From assembly GCA_977018835.1 (NCBI GenBank), contig OZ361259.1, forward strand, positions 1,240,001 through 1,304,000: a stretch of DNA of 64,000 bases, read 5' to 3'. The notes below the pieces were generated by a model. It did not search any database. It worked only from the letters and a program-made list of their open reading frames with translations, and was not told the DNA's origin. This stretch comes from Minutocellus sp. GHC0000111. Taxonomy: Eukaryota. Positions 1 through 12,763 of this stretch are shown here, piece by piece (within the stretch, counting starts at the first letter, position 1; every line of letters starts with the position of its first letter). The position numbers were made by a program, and so were the translations under genes.

Positions 1-1013
1 TAACTCGTCGAGGAGATTGCTGGTTGACCTCCCAGGATTGGGCGCCGTGGCACTGCATGTTCTCATCTGTCCTGGTTTCTCCACCGAGGACGAAGAACTT
101 GTTGTCAAAGGTAACAACGGCGGAGTTGGCACGGCCAGTATTCATTTTTCCGGGCGCATAGGACCAACCGCGCTCTTCCTGGGCCGTGTCCAGCACCTCG
201 ACAGATCGAAAGGGGTGGCAGTATCCATCTTCGTGGCGGAATCCGCCAATCAAATACGCCTTGCTACCACTGACAACAGCCTGGACCTCGGCACGATGAA
301 GGTTGGTGTGGGGCAATTGATCAATGGCGAGATTGTGCGACTCGCTGATCTGGGCGTTGGCGTGAGTGGTGAAAGTGTCAATGCGATACGTCTGTCGAGT
401 GGCCTCGTAGCGGTCATTGTAGCCACCGGCAACGTAGAGCATGTTGTCAATAGCAAAGGCTGCGTGGTCAGATGTGAGTAGCTCAGCTGGGAGTGACCCC
501 ATCGTTGTCCATGTGTCATTGGTAGTGTCGTAGACCTGAGTATAAAGTATCAAGAGGAAATTGCGTGAGATTAGATGCACCCTGATGCAGATAAATAATG
601 TCTCATGCCATAATCTCATGAAAATATAATAATGCGTTTGGACAACTCACATCGATCTCGGCTACAATGTTGTCATCGCGATCTCTGCCGCCGACAACCC
701 AAATCTTGTCTCCAATCGCCGTTGCCGAGTGGCGCAATCTAGCCACGGGCATACGAGCCCTCTCCATAAAGTCATCCTGGGCAATGTCGTACTCGGTCAC
801 GGCATGCGATACATGAGGGCAGTACAAATTGAGGGAAGAGTCGACCGCCTCGGCGTTGCCGTTACGAATGTATCCCTCGACGGCATCGCATCCACCAATG
901 TTATAGATCTTTCCGCTCGACTTGGCGGATGAGGCACGAATGCGCCCATTCTTGGCATCGCTGGATGTACCATCGGTCGAAATGTAGGTGGCAGTATGGT
1001 CCGAAAGGGGACG
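1..1013 (-). CDS. Kelch-repeat beta-propeller protein; 5' end cut by the inverted duplication, 3' end runs off the window (exons ~651-1013 and <1-535)
   Basis: Kelch motifs 'MPVARLRHSATAIGDKIWVVGGRD', 'LYVAGGYN', 'AYLIGGF', 'FFVLGGE'; GT..AG intron 650-536 joins the exons in frame. Confidence 0.8.
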
Positions 1014-1570
1014 GGGCTCAACATGGTCTCTCCTGATGGTGAAAACATGAAATGCACCATCAATGGCAAACATGTTGATTTTGCTTCTCTGGTGTCATGC
1101 AAAGGAGAGTTGCTTACAGCAGCATTCCCAACATGGCTGCAAGTTACTTTAGCTATGTGAGCAAGCCATGGACTCTCAGAGCAGAATTGACCAGTCAGTG
1201 GGTGTGCAGGCTTCTAAACTACATGAAGAGTGTAGGAGCCCACACTTGTGAGCCAAATCTGTGTTCATCAGTCGGTCGACCTGCAACAACAAGACGATGC
1301 CCTTTCATGACAGATTTCAACCCTGGGCACGTGCAACGAGCAGCATCCAAACTGCCCAAACAGGGAGACAATGCACCATGGATAAGAAGTCAGTGTTACA
1401 AAACTGAATGCAAGTGGTTGCTTCGTGACCCTTGTGATGATGGATTCATGACTTTTTCCCCTAGAGCTGCCATTGCTACTGCTACTGCTACTGCTACTTC
1501 TGGTGATGGTGGGTGTGACGATGGGTCCGAAAGAGGATGTTGTTTGCTTCCTCCTGTCACCCACAGCTGA
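1014..1570 (+). pseudogene. 3' fragment of the EthA-like monooxygenase (duplicated copy)
   Basis: 'IPNMAA..WTLRAEL..VCRLLNYM..PKQG..PW', same as ORF 10675-11160 apart from the 12-bp indel. Confidence 0.85.
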
Positions 1571-2870
1571 GGATCTCAGTTGCTTTTAACATTGACAGAG
1601 TGCATGTTTGGAACCAGAGCAGCAGCTTCTATCAGCTTCTTCTCTCTCTTTCTTCTTAGGCTAGGCCTCTCTGGCAGAACACGTGGTGGTTCAGTGTGGA
1701 GGTGTCATCCTGCTAAGCAGCATGGCTTAGAGCTGTCTAATCAAACGTTAAGACCGAACTCAAGTCAACTGTTCTGAAGCAGTGCAACAGACTGTAACTA
1801 CTAGTCCTGTGTTTCTTTCCACATCTCGAAGCTTGCGGTTGCCATGCCTTGGCAATGGCGAGCGAGAACCACTCACCCTCCCATCTGTCCGTCTCCCTTC
1901 ACTCTTAAAAGCCAAAATACAAATTGAATTGAAGCATGACAGCCGAGAACCTTGTAGCATGGCACAACCTTTTCCTGTGTTATCGCTAATTCACCCATCA
2001 CAGGGTCTTGCATCTTTACGTTTGGAGGCGCGTAAAATGACCTTTCAAGAATTCAAGCAGGAAAGAAAGGAGAGATGGTTTCAAGGAATGAAAGCAACAG
2101 CTGTTCCGAACTCAGAGCGGAGAAAGGAAGCAAGAGATAATGGCGGCGCATCGATCGATCCTAGAATTTTCCCTCCACAGGCCGCCAGCAGACAACTGCA
2201 TTGGATGAGGAATGCCACCATCATCGTCCTTCTGAGATGCTACGCCCCACGTCCCTCGACCTAATCCAAGGATGTTTCCGAATGCCTCTCGATGACGCCG
2301 CAAAGAAGCTCTGCACTGTTGTCCTGCCTCTTGGTGAACATCAAACCGCCAAAAATTGGGAACGAGGTGCACACAACAAGCATCTCTCTTGTTGCATTTG
2401 CGTTTGTGTAAAATGAACACTAGAGGAATTCCTTCGACGTGCCCCCCAAAAAACAAAGTGCTACGAAGTGCTTGAACACAGAGGTGCCACGTGTTCCCTA
2501 CAAGTCAACAACCCTGGAACACAGTCCAAGTGACAAAAATTTTCTAATTTTCTAATTTTCTTTTCCCTGCGTGGTCTGATAAACCGTGTGAGTTCCAATG
2601 TGCCTACTGTAAAATCCAGAGTCCTCTCCTTGACACAATCCGGTCAGCACCTGTCTTCGGAGCTAAGGATGAGTGTTTTGTGTTTCTTGCTGGTGGGAAA
2701 TGTTCAACCAAAGGGCCAACAATAATGGAGAAAAGGCGATGTCTGTGACGACTTTGTTAGACACAGGAAGAGGGTGCCCAAGGAGTGGGAGCAGAACGCA
2801 AATTATTGCTCACACAGCATGCTGTAGTTAGTTACAACAAGAATTTGTCTCTGTGTGGTTGCTCCTGGTT

Positions 2871-3441
2871 TTACTCCTGTTTCTCCCTTAGAAGTGGAAC
2901 AATGTCATCAAAGCTTTTCTTGTACTGAACCCCACAAACATCATCAACATACTGACACTTCCTGAAGGTTCTCCACAAAGCCTTCCACCAGGGGGCAGTA
3001 GGGTCAAAATTGTACAGGCCTCTAGGCTCCAGATAGTCTTTGACTGCCTTGGTGGCCTTCACTGCATGATAGAAGGGGATCTCGTGAAACATGTGATGGA
3101 CAACATGTGTGGAGCCAATGTGGTGATGGAGGAAATTGAAGATGCCATAGTCCCTGTCAATGGTGGTGAGGGCCCCTTTCATCCAGGTCCACTCATCTTC
3201 CCCGTAGAGAGGAACAGTTGGGTCTGTGTGGTGGAGGAAGGTGTACACAAAGTACCACGAGTAGCCCCAGATCAGTGGGTTAATGTGCCAAAGGACAATT
3301 GAGAAGAAAGTTGCATCATGGGCCAACTTGATGCATAGACCCAATACAATGAAGAAAGGTGCAGTTGAAAATGCTGCTTTCAACCTGAACCTGAGCTTAG
3401 GAGGAAAGATGCTGGACTTTGGATTAAGGATGCTGAACCTT
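2871..3441 (-). pseudogene. 3' fragment of the FAD2-like desaturase (duplicated copy)
   Basis: Identical to the C-terminal half of 8373-9374 (TFLHHTD, HVVHH). Confidence 0.9.
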
Positions 3442-4259
3442 TGTGATTGACTATTGTGTAATGGGGTCTCTACTGTTCTTTTGGGACTCTGCTTGTAGGT
3501 TTGATGATGGAAGTTTTTGTCCATTCACTGCTGCTTGCACCATCTTTGATCCATTTGTAATCATGCCAGTGAAAGATGAGATACAATGCCGGGTCATCTG
3601 GAGAAAGTTCATCAGCCCATTGAAACTTTGCTCCTGGCCCTATGAATGGAAGACATCAATTCATCAAGTTTTAGTCACTGCACCTTTTGATTTCTCAAGT
3701 TTATTGTTTCTATGTTTGTCTGGCAGGACTACTTTTGAGAGCATTTTGCAGCCCCAAGTTCTGCTCAAAGTGTGGCTAGAAGTCATGGGCATTGTAGTGA
3801 TAACAGATGCAGTCATGTTCTTTGCCCACAGCTGGATGCATGAAAAAGCATATTTCTTCCACAAGAAGCATCATCATAGCGGTGCAGACCTTGTCTCTTT
3901 TCTATTTCCTCAGGCTGACTTGCTTGATGCACTTTTTGAATTTGGAGCAGGGATCCCTCTTCTTTTGGCTTTCAAAAAGACCTTGGGACTTGATCCGAGA
4001 ATTCACCTGTTGACACACCACGCATTCTTGCTCTCCGGGTTTCAGAATCACTCTGGAAATCCATATGCAGTCTATTTTTTCATTCCCTTTTTTTGACTAC
4101 ATTGGCAGACCTACACTTTTCCATGGTCTCCACCATGCCATTCAAAAGGGATACAATGTCTTTCTCCCTTGGCCCCATTTTTTTAGTCAAGAGAATAGAC
4201 GTAAGGACATTGATCTCTACAACAAGTGCATGAAGACTGATTTCCCTCCAAGTGTTTAG
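3442..4259 (+). pseudogene. Fatty acid hydroxylase/sterol desaturase family paralog A; 5'-clipped, frameshift at ~4085-4093
   Basis: His boxes HSWMH, HKKHH, NHSG, HGLHH; collinear with paralog B; frame change in a T run. Confidence 0.8.
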
Positions 4260-6850
4260 TGCTTTGTTGAGTCACCGCAGTGCCTTGGTCTAGCCACGTA
4301 GACAGCTAGACAAAAGGATGACCCAACTGCCTGTCAACACCTCCCACCTGTGATGATGCACACTTTCATGTCTATTTGTTCCAGCTACTCTAGACACCTA
4401 TCTTTTGCTCTCATCTTTAGGCTTGCTTATCATGAAGGAAGAATTCCATTGAGACGAACACTGCTTCCATTTTTGCATTTTTCTCTAATGCTGATTTTCC
4501 AGAAGGATGCCCCCCTGATATTTTCTCGGTAGTATATCTAGCTTATGTGGCCACAAAAGGTTGATATAGTTGTGCAATTTTTCTTACTTTTAGATGTATG
4601 TTCTGTTGAAGAAAGCATGAAAAGAAAAGCAGTGAAAAGCACGCCACATCGCGAGGTTCGCCGAGCGATGTAGGCCGAAGCTTTGGTGTTCGGTTCGCCG
4701 ATTTGGGAACCTAGGAAAGACATTGGTTTACTTAGAGTCTGACGCTTGGTGCGTCATAGATCTATGTCTTTTTATCCGCCTCGTTAGTAAGCTCCATTCT
4801 CATGTTTCTCTAGTGCTGGTTCCATGCTGGGAATGAGTGAGCTTTGAGGGCCCTCAAACTGTTCTCGTGCATGTCCTAAAATCCCTACGGTAGTCAGGGC
4901 TCGTGTGCAGGACATGTCTCAGACTAGCTGGGGCAGTTAACAATAAGTGCATAGACCTGGCTGTGCAGGAATGGCTCTATTAGGCTCTAACGACTGTGTC
5001 TTCGTAGGCCGAAGGCCGAAGGTGTATCTCGAGGTGCGAACCACACACCTCCGGGTCGGATGGGGTTTTAGTCAAATGAGTCACGTGAACAATGTCGAGA
5101 TCCGAGAGATCCCAACACCCCCCCTCCCCAAGCGGGTGGTGTGCAATTTTAAAATGCATGTGCTCAACAGATTAATTCTACCACTTACCTAGCTAGGCAT
5201 CACAAACGCAAAATTTTTTTGACCTGCATGATTTCTGGTGATTCTGTTCTTTCTTGCTGCATAGCTAGATCTGCCCCCCCCTTAAGTTTCAATTTCCCTA
5301 CGCGGAGCCCTGTGGGGCTCTCTACTATTGTCTGGCTTTAATGTTGTGTCCATCGACGCATTCGAAAGAGGGTGGCCGAAACATGGCAGCATGAGCTCAA
5401 CAACCATCCACATACATCACTGTGACCACAAAAGGCAGAAGAAGGCTGCTGTGTCATTGCATGTGGCTGGCAACTGCACTCGATTTGGGCTGCATCAGCT
5501 CGATTTCAAAAGCAACTCCGACCCAAAAATATCGATTTTTGATAGAGTGTAGACCAAAAACCGTCTCACCACCCCAACAAGACGCGGCCAACGGTCACGA
5601 TCTCCTCTTTGACATATTGAAAAGGGGCTGAGTAAGTGTTAGGTCCAAACAGACTTTGCTCAGGCGTGACATCTAACTTCCAACATGAAGCCAATTTTTG
5701 CCCAAAATGACGTCAAATTTTGGCATGTGGTGTCGGTACTCGATGGGACCATTGACCCAACCGCGGCACGACGTACCGCCGTAAACTTCAGATTATTTGT
5801 GAGCGTTTGGTGCCGGTGGTGGCCTCCAACTCCACCAGATGGCCTGCTTTGTCGGGGTCAAAGTGGAGTGCGAAAAACAGGCACTTTTTGTCGCGACGTC
5901 ATTGCAGAGTTGGGCCCAAATTGATCCCAAAGGTCCACCACAGCCAACCAGACCCATTCCAGGCACCGCAAAGATCCCCTCCATTGATTCATGGCGTCGG
6001 CCAAGTCGGCCGGCATCACCGACGAATGTTGTCGACGACGACAGATAGACATGCCGGTTTGAAAAGGGCGAAAAATGCACCTGTCTTTGAACGACGACAA
6101 TGTCATTAGCAACGTGGGTCGGAGAAAGATCGCTGTTGTACCAAATCGACCATAATTAACGAGACGTAACTAAATCTACTTCGTGCCCTGGTTGGGTCAG
6201 TGTTCCCATTGAGTAGCGTGAGGTTGAAGTCAGAATGAGGGTCAGTGACAGTTTTGCGCGTGCGTTGTGCGAGCTGATCAGGTCTATTTTTATTGAGGGG
6301 CATTTTTTTCTGGGGAATGACACCTTGACACCCCGTTCGGTCGCTGGCTGAAACCAGCCTGCACCGCAAATTCACCGCATGTGCCTTGGTGCGCGTTTGT
6401 GTGCACGTACACATAAAAGCTCCTACGTTGTGCTGCTAACAAAAACGCATGCACGTGCACGTATGTGTTTGTCTTTTGTCGTGTAAGTAGGTTTCTGGTG
6501 CATTTCTACATAAAATGGAAAAGAATGCTTTGCGTCTTGCGTGAAAAGTCGAATGAAGAAGTTTCCTTTTGCATTGACAATCTCTATTAGACATAGAATC
6601 TGCTGTTGCAAGGCTTTGCTGAAAGAACAGACTTTGTAAAAAACACTCAACGATCCTTTTTTGGACTTTTGTTCTAAAGTTTTTTTTTAAAAAAAAAGGG
6701 GGAACCCACCCCCAACAGCGTGTGCGGCAAGCGGCAAAGGTTGCGGCAGGCGGCAAAGGTTGCGATCCGATGGGATCAGCAGTTCAAGTTCAAGTATTGG
6801 TGTCATGCACTTTTTGCACAGATCCAGGTTTGATCAGCAACCCCCCCCCC

Positions 6851-7771
6851 TCAAACACTTCTTGGAAACCTTGTCTTCAGGTGCTTGTTGTACAAGGCCA
6901 TGTCTTTCTCCCGGGCTTCTGGATTAAAGCTAATGTGACGATGTGGAACGTTGCTCAAGTGATCACTATGGACTATGTGGTGCAGGTTGTGGCAAACTGT
7001 TGGTCTAGCAACACAGTCAAGAACAGGAAGAAAGAAATATGGAGAGTAAGGGTTGCCAGAGTGTCCTTGAACACCTTTCAGCATGCCCATGCCATAGGTC
7101 AGAAAGTGAACTTTACAGGCGGGACCAACAAAGAAATGTTTAACAATGATTAGGCCAGGGACCCCTCCTCCAAACTCAACAATCATGTCAAACAGATCAA
7201 ATGTTGACGCGCCAAAAGCCATGAGACACCTGTTACTTGCTTTGTGGTGCTTTTTGTGCATGAAGCATGCATGCTCATGCAACCATTTGTGTCCAAAAAT
7301 CATGAAAAAATTTGCAATTCCTTCTGACACAACCATGCTTTCAAGCTGCACTTGCAACAACACTTTTGCGTTCTTGACACTTTCACAGCTGACCAAACCA
7401 GACAAGAAGAGCCCCAGTCCACTCAAGAAGACAAATAGAGAAGATGTGAAGAGGTGGTCAAAAGATGCATTCCAACTGTAAGGCCAAGAATTTAATTTGT
7501 AGGGACTGATGAATCTCCTCCATAGGAAGCGGCACTGGATTTCATCTTTCAATGGCATGACCACAAGTCCAACAAGAAGTGTTCCAGCAGCAGTAAATGG
7601 GCAAAAACTGCCATCCTCTAGTCTAGACACTCTATCCCAAAAGAGAAGAAGTGCCCCAACAACAAGGTAGTCCACAAGTGAAGTGACTAGTGCCATGAGC
7701 TTTGCCTCACCAATGGTTGGTTTCTCCGCAGTCGTGGCTGCCACCGGTTTGGGTCTTGGCAGGAGTGGCAT
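6851..7771 (-). CDS. Fatty acid hydroxylase/sterol desaturase family paralog B (start uncertain)
   Basis: His boxes HKWLH, HKKHH, GHSG, HNLHH; hydrophobic segments; intronless. Confidence 0.8.
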   Translation of the reverse strand: MPLLPRPKPVAATTAEKPTIGEAKLMALVTSLVDYLVVGALLLFWDRVSRLEDGSFCPFTAAGTLLVGLVVMPLKDEIQCRFLWRRFISPYKLNSWPYSWNASFDHLFTSSLFVFLSGLGLFLSGLVSCESVKNAKVLLQVQLESMVVSEGIANFFMIFGHKWLHEHACFMHKKHHKASNRCLMAFGASTFDLFDMIVEFGGGVPGLIIVKHFFVGPACKVHFLTYGMGMLKGVQGHSGNPYSPYFFLPVLDCVARPTVCHNLHHIVHSDHLSNVPHRHISFNPEAREKDMALYNKHLKTRFPRSV

Positions 7772-8076
7772 GATGAGCAGGAATGAAGGATAAATGCAGA
7801 GACATGGCCAAACTTGAGGCAACTTCGTGCTCAAAAAGAGCAGAAAACTAACTCTGATTCCAGGAGACAGCAACACCTGAAGTGCAAAGGGCAAGAATGG
7901 CAAGGTTGCTGGAGGTCACAATAATTTTTTTGGTGAAAGCTGATGAAGTCTCTGTCATTTTTCACTAGAGGTTTGTTGGATGGTTTCTTTTTGTGAGGTG
8001 CTGCGCAGCAATGTAATGACAAAAAGCAACCAGCACTCCCTACAAGCTTTTTTGAACAGATCAACAACAACTAGTC

Positions 8077-9374
8077 ATGGGCAAAGGTGGAGAGTCTGCA
8101 CTTGCCCCCCCCCCTCAGCTGGTATCACACTGGACCAGCCCTTACAACCCCCTTGAACCTAAGGCTCCCAAGCTGCCCACCAAAGGAGAGATCAAAGCTG
8201 TCATCCCCAAGGAGTGCTTTGAGAGGTCCTACCTCAAAGGTCTGGCATGGATCATGTTTGATGTTGGGCTAGTGGCCCTGCTGGCTTTCACTGCGCAAGA
8301 ATCTTCCTTTCTACTACACCCCCTTCAATTTTTTTCAGCTCTGGAGGCTTCACTTGGCTCCTTGGATGGTCTGTGTATGCATGTTGCATGGGATCAACCA
8401 GTGTTGGTTTGTGGGTGCTTGCCCATGAGTGTGGTCATGGGGCCCTCTTTCCCTCAAAGAAATGGAATGATTTCTTTGGCTTTGCCATCCACCAAGCAAT
8501 GATGTGTCCTTACTTTCCCTGGCGCTATGTTCATGCAAAACACCACCAGTTCACAAATCACCTTTGCAAAGACACAACACATGTGCCAGGGGCACTTCGT
8601 AACCATGGACTATCAGCACAACAACAACACAAAAGTCTGGTTTCATGTTTCTCTCTTTTCTCGTTTCCTTGTCTCTTTGAAAACTACAACTTTTTTCTAG
8701 CAGCAAGCATGCTGCTAAATCTTACCCTGGGATTTCCTCTCTATCTTGCTGGTTCATTGCTTGTTTGTCGTTCAAAGCATGATGGTTCTCCGAGTAGCAG
8801 TGGAAGGTTCAGCATCCTTAATCCAAAGTCCAGCATCTTTCCTCCTAAGCTCAGGTTCAGGTTGAAAGCAGCATTTTCAACTGCACCTTTCTTCATTGTA
8901 TTGGGTCTATGCATCAAGTTGGCCCATGATGCAACTTTCTTCTCAATTGTCCTTTGGCACATTAACCCACTGATCTGGGGCTACTCGTGGTACTTTGTGT
9001 ACACCTTCCTCCACCACACAGACCCAACTGTTCCTCTCTACGGGGAAGATGAGTGGACCTGGATGAAAGGGGCCCTCACCACCATTGACAGGGACTATGG
9101 CATCTTCAATTTCCTCCATCACCACATTGGCTCCACACATGTTGTCCATCACATGTTTCACGAGATCCCCTTCTATCATGCAGTGAAGGCCACCAAGGCA
9201 GTCAAAGACTATCTGGAGCCTAGAGGCCTGTACAATTTTGACCCTACTGCCCCCTGGTGGAAGGCTTTGTGGAGAACCTTCAGGAAGTGTCAGTATGTTG
9301 ATGATGTTTGTGGGGTTCAGTACAAGAAAAGCTTTGATGACATTGTTCCACTTCTAAGGGAGAAACAGGAGTAA
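8077..9374 (+). pseudogene. FAD2: FAD2-like (delta-12/omega-type) membrane fatty acid desaturase, frameshift near 8330
   Basis: MGKGG start, 'PTKGEIKAVIPKECFERS', His boxes HECGH/HAKHH/HVVHH, 'WTWMKGALTTIDRDYG'; split over two frames. Confidence 0.85.
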
Positions 9375-11242
9375 AACCAGGAGCAACCACACAGAGACAA
9401 ATTCTTGTTGTAACTAACTACAGCATGCTGTGTGAGCAATAATTTGCGTTCTGCTCCCACTCCTTGGGCACCCTCTTCCTGTGTCTAACAAAGTCGTCAC
9501 AGACATCGCCTTTTCTCCATTATTGTTGGCCCTTTGGTTGAACATTTCCCACCAGCAAGAAACACAAAACACTCATCCTTAGCTCCGAAGACAGGTGCCG
9601 ACCGGATTGTGTCAAGGAGAGGACTCTGGATTTTACAGTAGGCACATTGGAACTCACACGGTTTATCAGACCACGCAGGGAAAAGAAAATTAGAAAATTA
9701 GAAAATTTTTGTCACTTGGACTGTGTTCCAGGGTTGTTGACTTGTAGGGAACACGTGGCACCTCTGTGTTCAAGCACTTCGTAGCACTTTGTTTTTTGGG
9801 GGGCACGTCGAAGGAATTCCTCTAGTGTTCATTTTACACAAACGCAAATGCAACAAGAGAGATGCTTGTTGTGTGCACCTCGTTCCCAATTTTTGGCGGT
9901 TTGATGTTCACCAAGAGGCAGGACAACAGTGCAGAGCTTCTTTGCGGCGTCATCGAGAGGCATTCGGAAACATCCTTGGATTAGGTCGAGGGACGTGGGG
10001 CGTAGCATCTCAGAAGGACGATGATGGTGGCATTCCTCATCCAATGCAGTTGTCTGCTGGCGGCCTGTGGAGGGAAAATTCTAGGATCGATCGATGCGCC
10101 GCCATTATCTCTTGCTTCCTTTCTCCGCTCTGAGTTCGGAACAGCTGTTGCTTTCATTCCTTGAAACCATCTCTCCTTTCTTTCCTGCTTGAATTCTTGA
10201 AAGGTCATTTTACGCGCCTCCAAACGTAAAGATGCAAGACCCTGTGATGGGTGAATTAGCGATAACACAGGAAAAGGTTGTGCCATGCTACAAGGTTCTC
10301 GGCTGTCATGCTTCAATTCAATTTGTATTTTGGCTTTTAAAAGTGAAGGGAGACGGACAGATGGGAGGGTGAGTGGTTCTCGCTCGCCATTGCCAAGGCA
10401 TGGCAACCGCAAGCTTCGAGATGTGGAAAGAAACACAGGACTAGTAGTTACAGTCTGTTGCACTGCTTCAGAACAGTTGACTTGAGTTCGGTCTTAACGT
10501 TTGATTAGACAGCTCTAAGCCATGCTGCTTAGCAGGATGACACCTCCACACTGAACCACCACGTGTTCTGCCAGAGAGGCCTAGCCTAAGAAGAAAGAGA
10601 GAGAAGAAGCTGATAGAAGCTGCTGCTCTGGTTCCAAACATGCACTCTGTCAATGTTAAAAGCAACTGAGATCATCAGCTGTGGGTGACAGGAGGAAGCA
10701 AACAACATCCTCTTTCGGACCCATCGTCACACCCACCATCACACCCACCATCACCAGAAGTAGCAGTAGCAGTAGCAGTAGCAATGGCAGCTCTAGGGGA
10801 AAAAGTCATGAATCCATCATCACAAGGGTCACGAAGCAACCACTTGCATTCAGTTTTGTAACACTGACTTCTTATCCATGGTGCATTGTCTCCCTGTTTG
10901 GGCAGTTTGGATGCTGCTCGTTGCACGTGCCCAGGGTTGAAATCTGTCATGAAAGGGCATCGTCTTGTTGTTGCAGGTCGACCGACTGATGAACACAGAT
11001 TTGGCTCACAAGTGTGGGCTCCTACACTCTTCATGTAGTTTAGAAGCCTGCACACCCACTGACTGGTCAATTCTGCTCTGAGAGTCCATGGCTTGCTCAC
11101 ATAGCTAAAGTAACTTGCAGCCATGTTGGGAATGCTGCTGTAAGCAACTCTCCTTTGCATGACACCAGAGAAGCAAAATCAACATGTTTGCCATTGATGG
11201 TGCATTTCATGTTTTCACCACCAGGGAGACCATGTTGAGCCC
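8804..11242. repeat. Source copy of the 2.4-kb inverted duplication
   Basis: Reverse complement of 1014-3441; this copy is continuous with the full-length genes on both sides. Confidence 0.95.
9829..10044 (-). pseudogene. Possible RWP-RK transcription factor remnant (mirrored at 2201-2416 +)
   Basis: 'TSLDLIQGCFRMPLDDAAKKL' resembles the first half of the RWP-RK domain; the RWPxRK motif itself is absent. Confidence 0.3.
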
Positions 11243-12298
11243 TGTTGCAGTTACAACAATGTCTGCTTCCACCTTGGTCCCAGATTTGAGCAAAATGGCA
11301 TCCTCCTTGAAAGATGACACATGGTCGGTGACAACAGAAGCTTTCTTGGACAGGATAGACTTGAAGAGCTCTCCATCTGGAGACAGACAGACTCTTTGCT
11401 TCCAGGGCAAGTAGGAGGGGGTAAAGTTCTTTCTGACTTCTTCCCTACCGACTTCCTTCATTGTGCAAGACAGCAGTGCAAGCTTGTAGAGTTGAGGAAA
11501 CACACATGCCACTTTTCGATGAAGTTCTGCCATGAAAATGTTCTTTTTCCTCACCAACAAATATGCAAGACTTGCAGGAAACACAGCAAACAAAAACTTT
11601 GCAATGTTGTCAACAGAAGGCCAGGGCACAACATAAGTGGGAGATCTCTGGAGCATTGTTACGTGTTTTGCGGACTTTGCCAAGTTTGGAACTAGTGTGA
11701 CTGCTGTTGCTCCAGAACCAATGATAACCACTTTCTTGTTGGAAAAGTCAAGATCTTGAGGCCACTCCAGGGGGTGAACAATAGTCCCCTGAAACGTTTC
11801 TTCCCCTGGAAAGGTAGGTCTGTGCCCACCCTTGTAGCTGTAGTAGCCTGAACACATGAACAGGAATCTGGATGTGAATGTAGTTGCTCTTCTTCCCTTG
11901 TTGTTTGCTGTTACTGTCCAAGCATTTTCTTGATCTGACCAGTTTGCAGCAGACACAGAGTGGTCAAAGCACACGTGCTCCATTATGCCAAATTCGTTTA
12001 CAGTGTCTTGCAGGTGGTGCAGGATGACTGGTCCACTAGCCATTGTCTTCTCCTTTGTCCATGGCTTGAAGCTGAATCCCAAGGTGTGCATATGTCAGTG
12101 TCAGAGCGCACTCCTGGGTACCGGAACAAGTCCCAAGTCCCACCAAGGTTGCTGCGGCCTTCAAGAATGAATGGCAAAGGAATGGTTGGGACACATCTTT
12201 TGTAGGTAGTAGGCAGCGCTTATTCCTGAGATTACTGCTCCCACCACCAAGACATCAAAATCCTTGGAGGGGTTTCTACTTGTGTTGGGCAAAGTCAT
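10675..12298 (-). pseudogene. EthA-like flavin-containing (Baeyer-Villiger) monooxygenase with about four frameshifts
   Basis: '[15 protein letters not shown]', '[15 protein letters not shown]', fingerprint 'FQGTIVHPLEWP', 'VIIGSGATA', 'MLQRSP', 'ATGL'; frame breaks near 12170, 12092, 11225 and 11150. Confidence 0.9.
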
Positions 12299-12652
12299 GG
12301 TTTGGTGGATGGAGCATGTGAAAACTAATTATTTACGCAGCAGCAGCTAGCTGTTGCATTCGCTTTTGAAGAAAATGAATCACAAATGAAAAACTAAGAA
12401 CAACAGGGGGATTCTTGCCACTTGAAACAGTGTTGCCTTACATCAGTGGACGGATCCTGATCTCAACACTCACGTGCTTCTACATATGCAAGCTCCCACC
12501 TTTCCAATCTGAAAACTGAATAGTCATGCCCTGGGGCCCTGATCCCCCCCAAAATGACATAAATGATTGGTCCCTCTACATTGCCTTGTGTTCTTTCTTG
12601 TCCTGGGGACACTAAACCTGATGGCTGCGATTGATCACATGAGTGCGCGCCT

Positions 12653-12688
12653 GCACACACACTCACTAACACACACACACACACACAT
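12653..12688. repeat. (CA)n microsatellite between the FMO and acyltransferase starts
   Basis: Imperfect acacac run. Confidence 0.8.
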
Positions 12689-12763
12689 GCACTGACTGCC
12701 ACACTTGACACTTGAAATTGATTGGTGCTCACACACAACAAAAAAAGGCACAACATCAAAAAA

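Larger units (their letters stand above)
1014..3441. repeat. Inverted duplicate of 8804-11242 (3' parts of the FMO and FAD2-like genes plus intergenic DNA)
   Basis: Reverse complement matches 8804-11242; mirrored ORF translations; differences seen are a few substitutions, a 1-bp indel near 1030 and a 12-bp indel (acacccaccatc) near 10730. Confidence 0.95.

Noticed and set aside
1782..2264. 160-aa ORF conserved in two copies
   Set aside because: Identity only reflects the recent duplication; no recognisable domain
4300..6850. Left end of an element carrying the lipid cluster, pairing with 14000-15200
   Set aside because: Both look TE-like and non-coding, but I found no convincing direct or inverted match between them
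1014..11242. Inverted repeats as TIRs of a giant transposon or Polinton
   Set aside because: They consist of gene halves, break mid-ORF, and lack a TSD or any enclosed transposase/integrase
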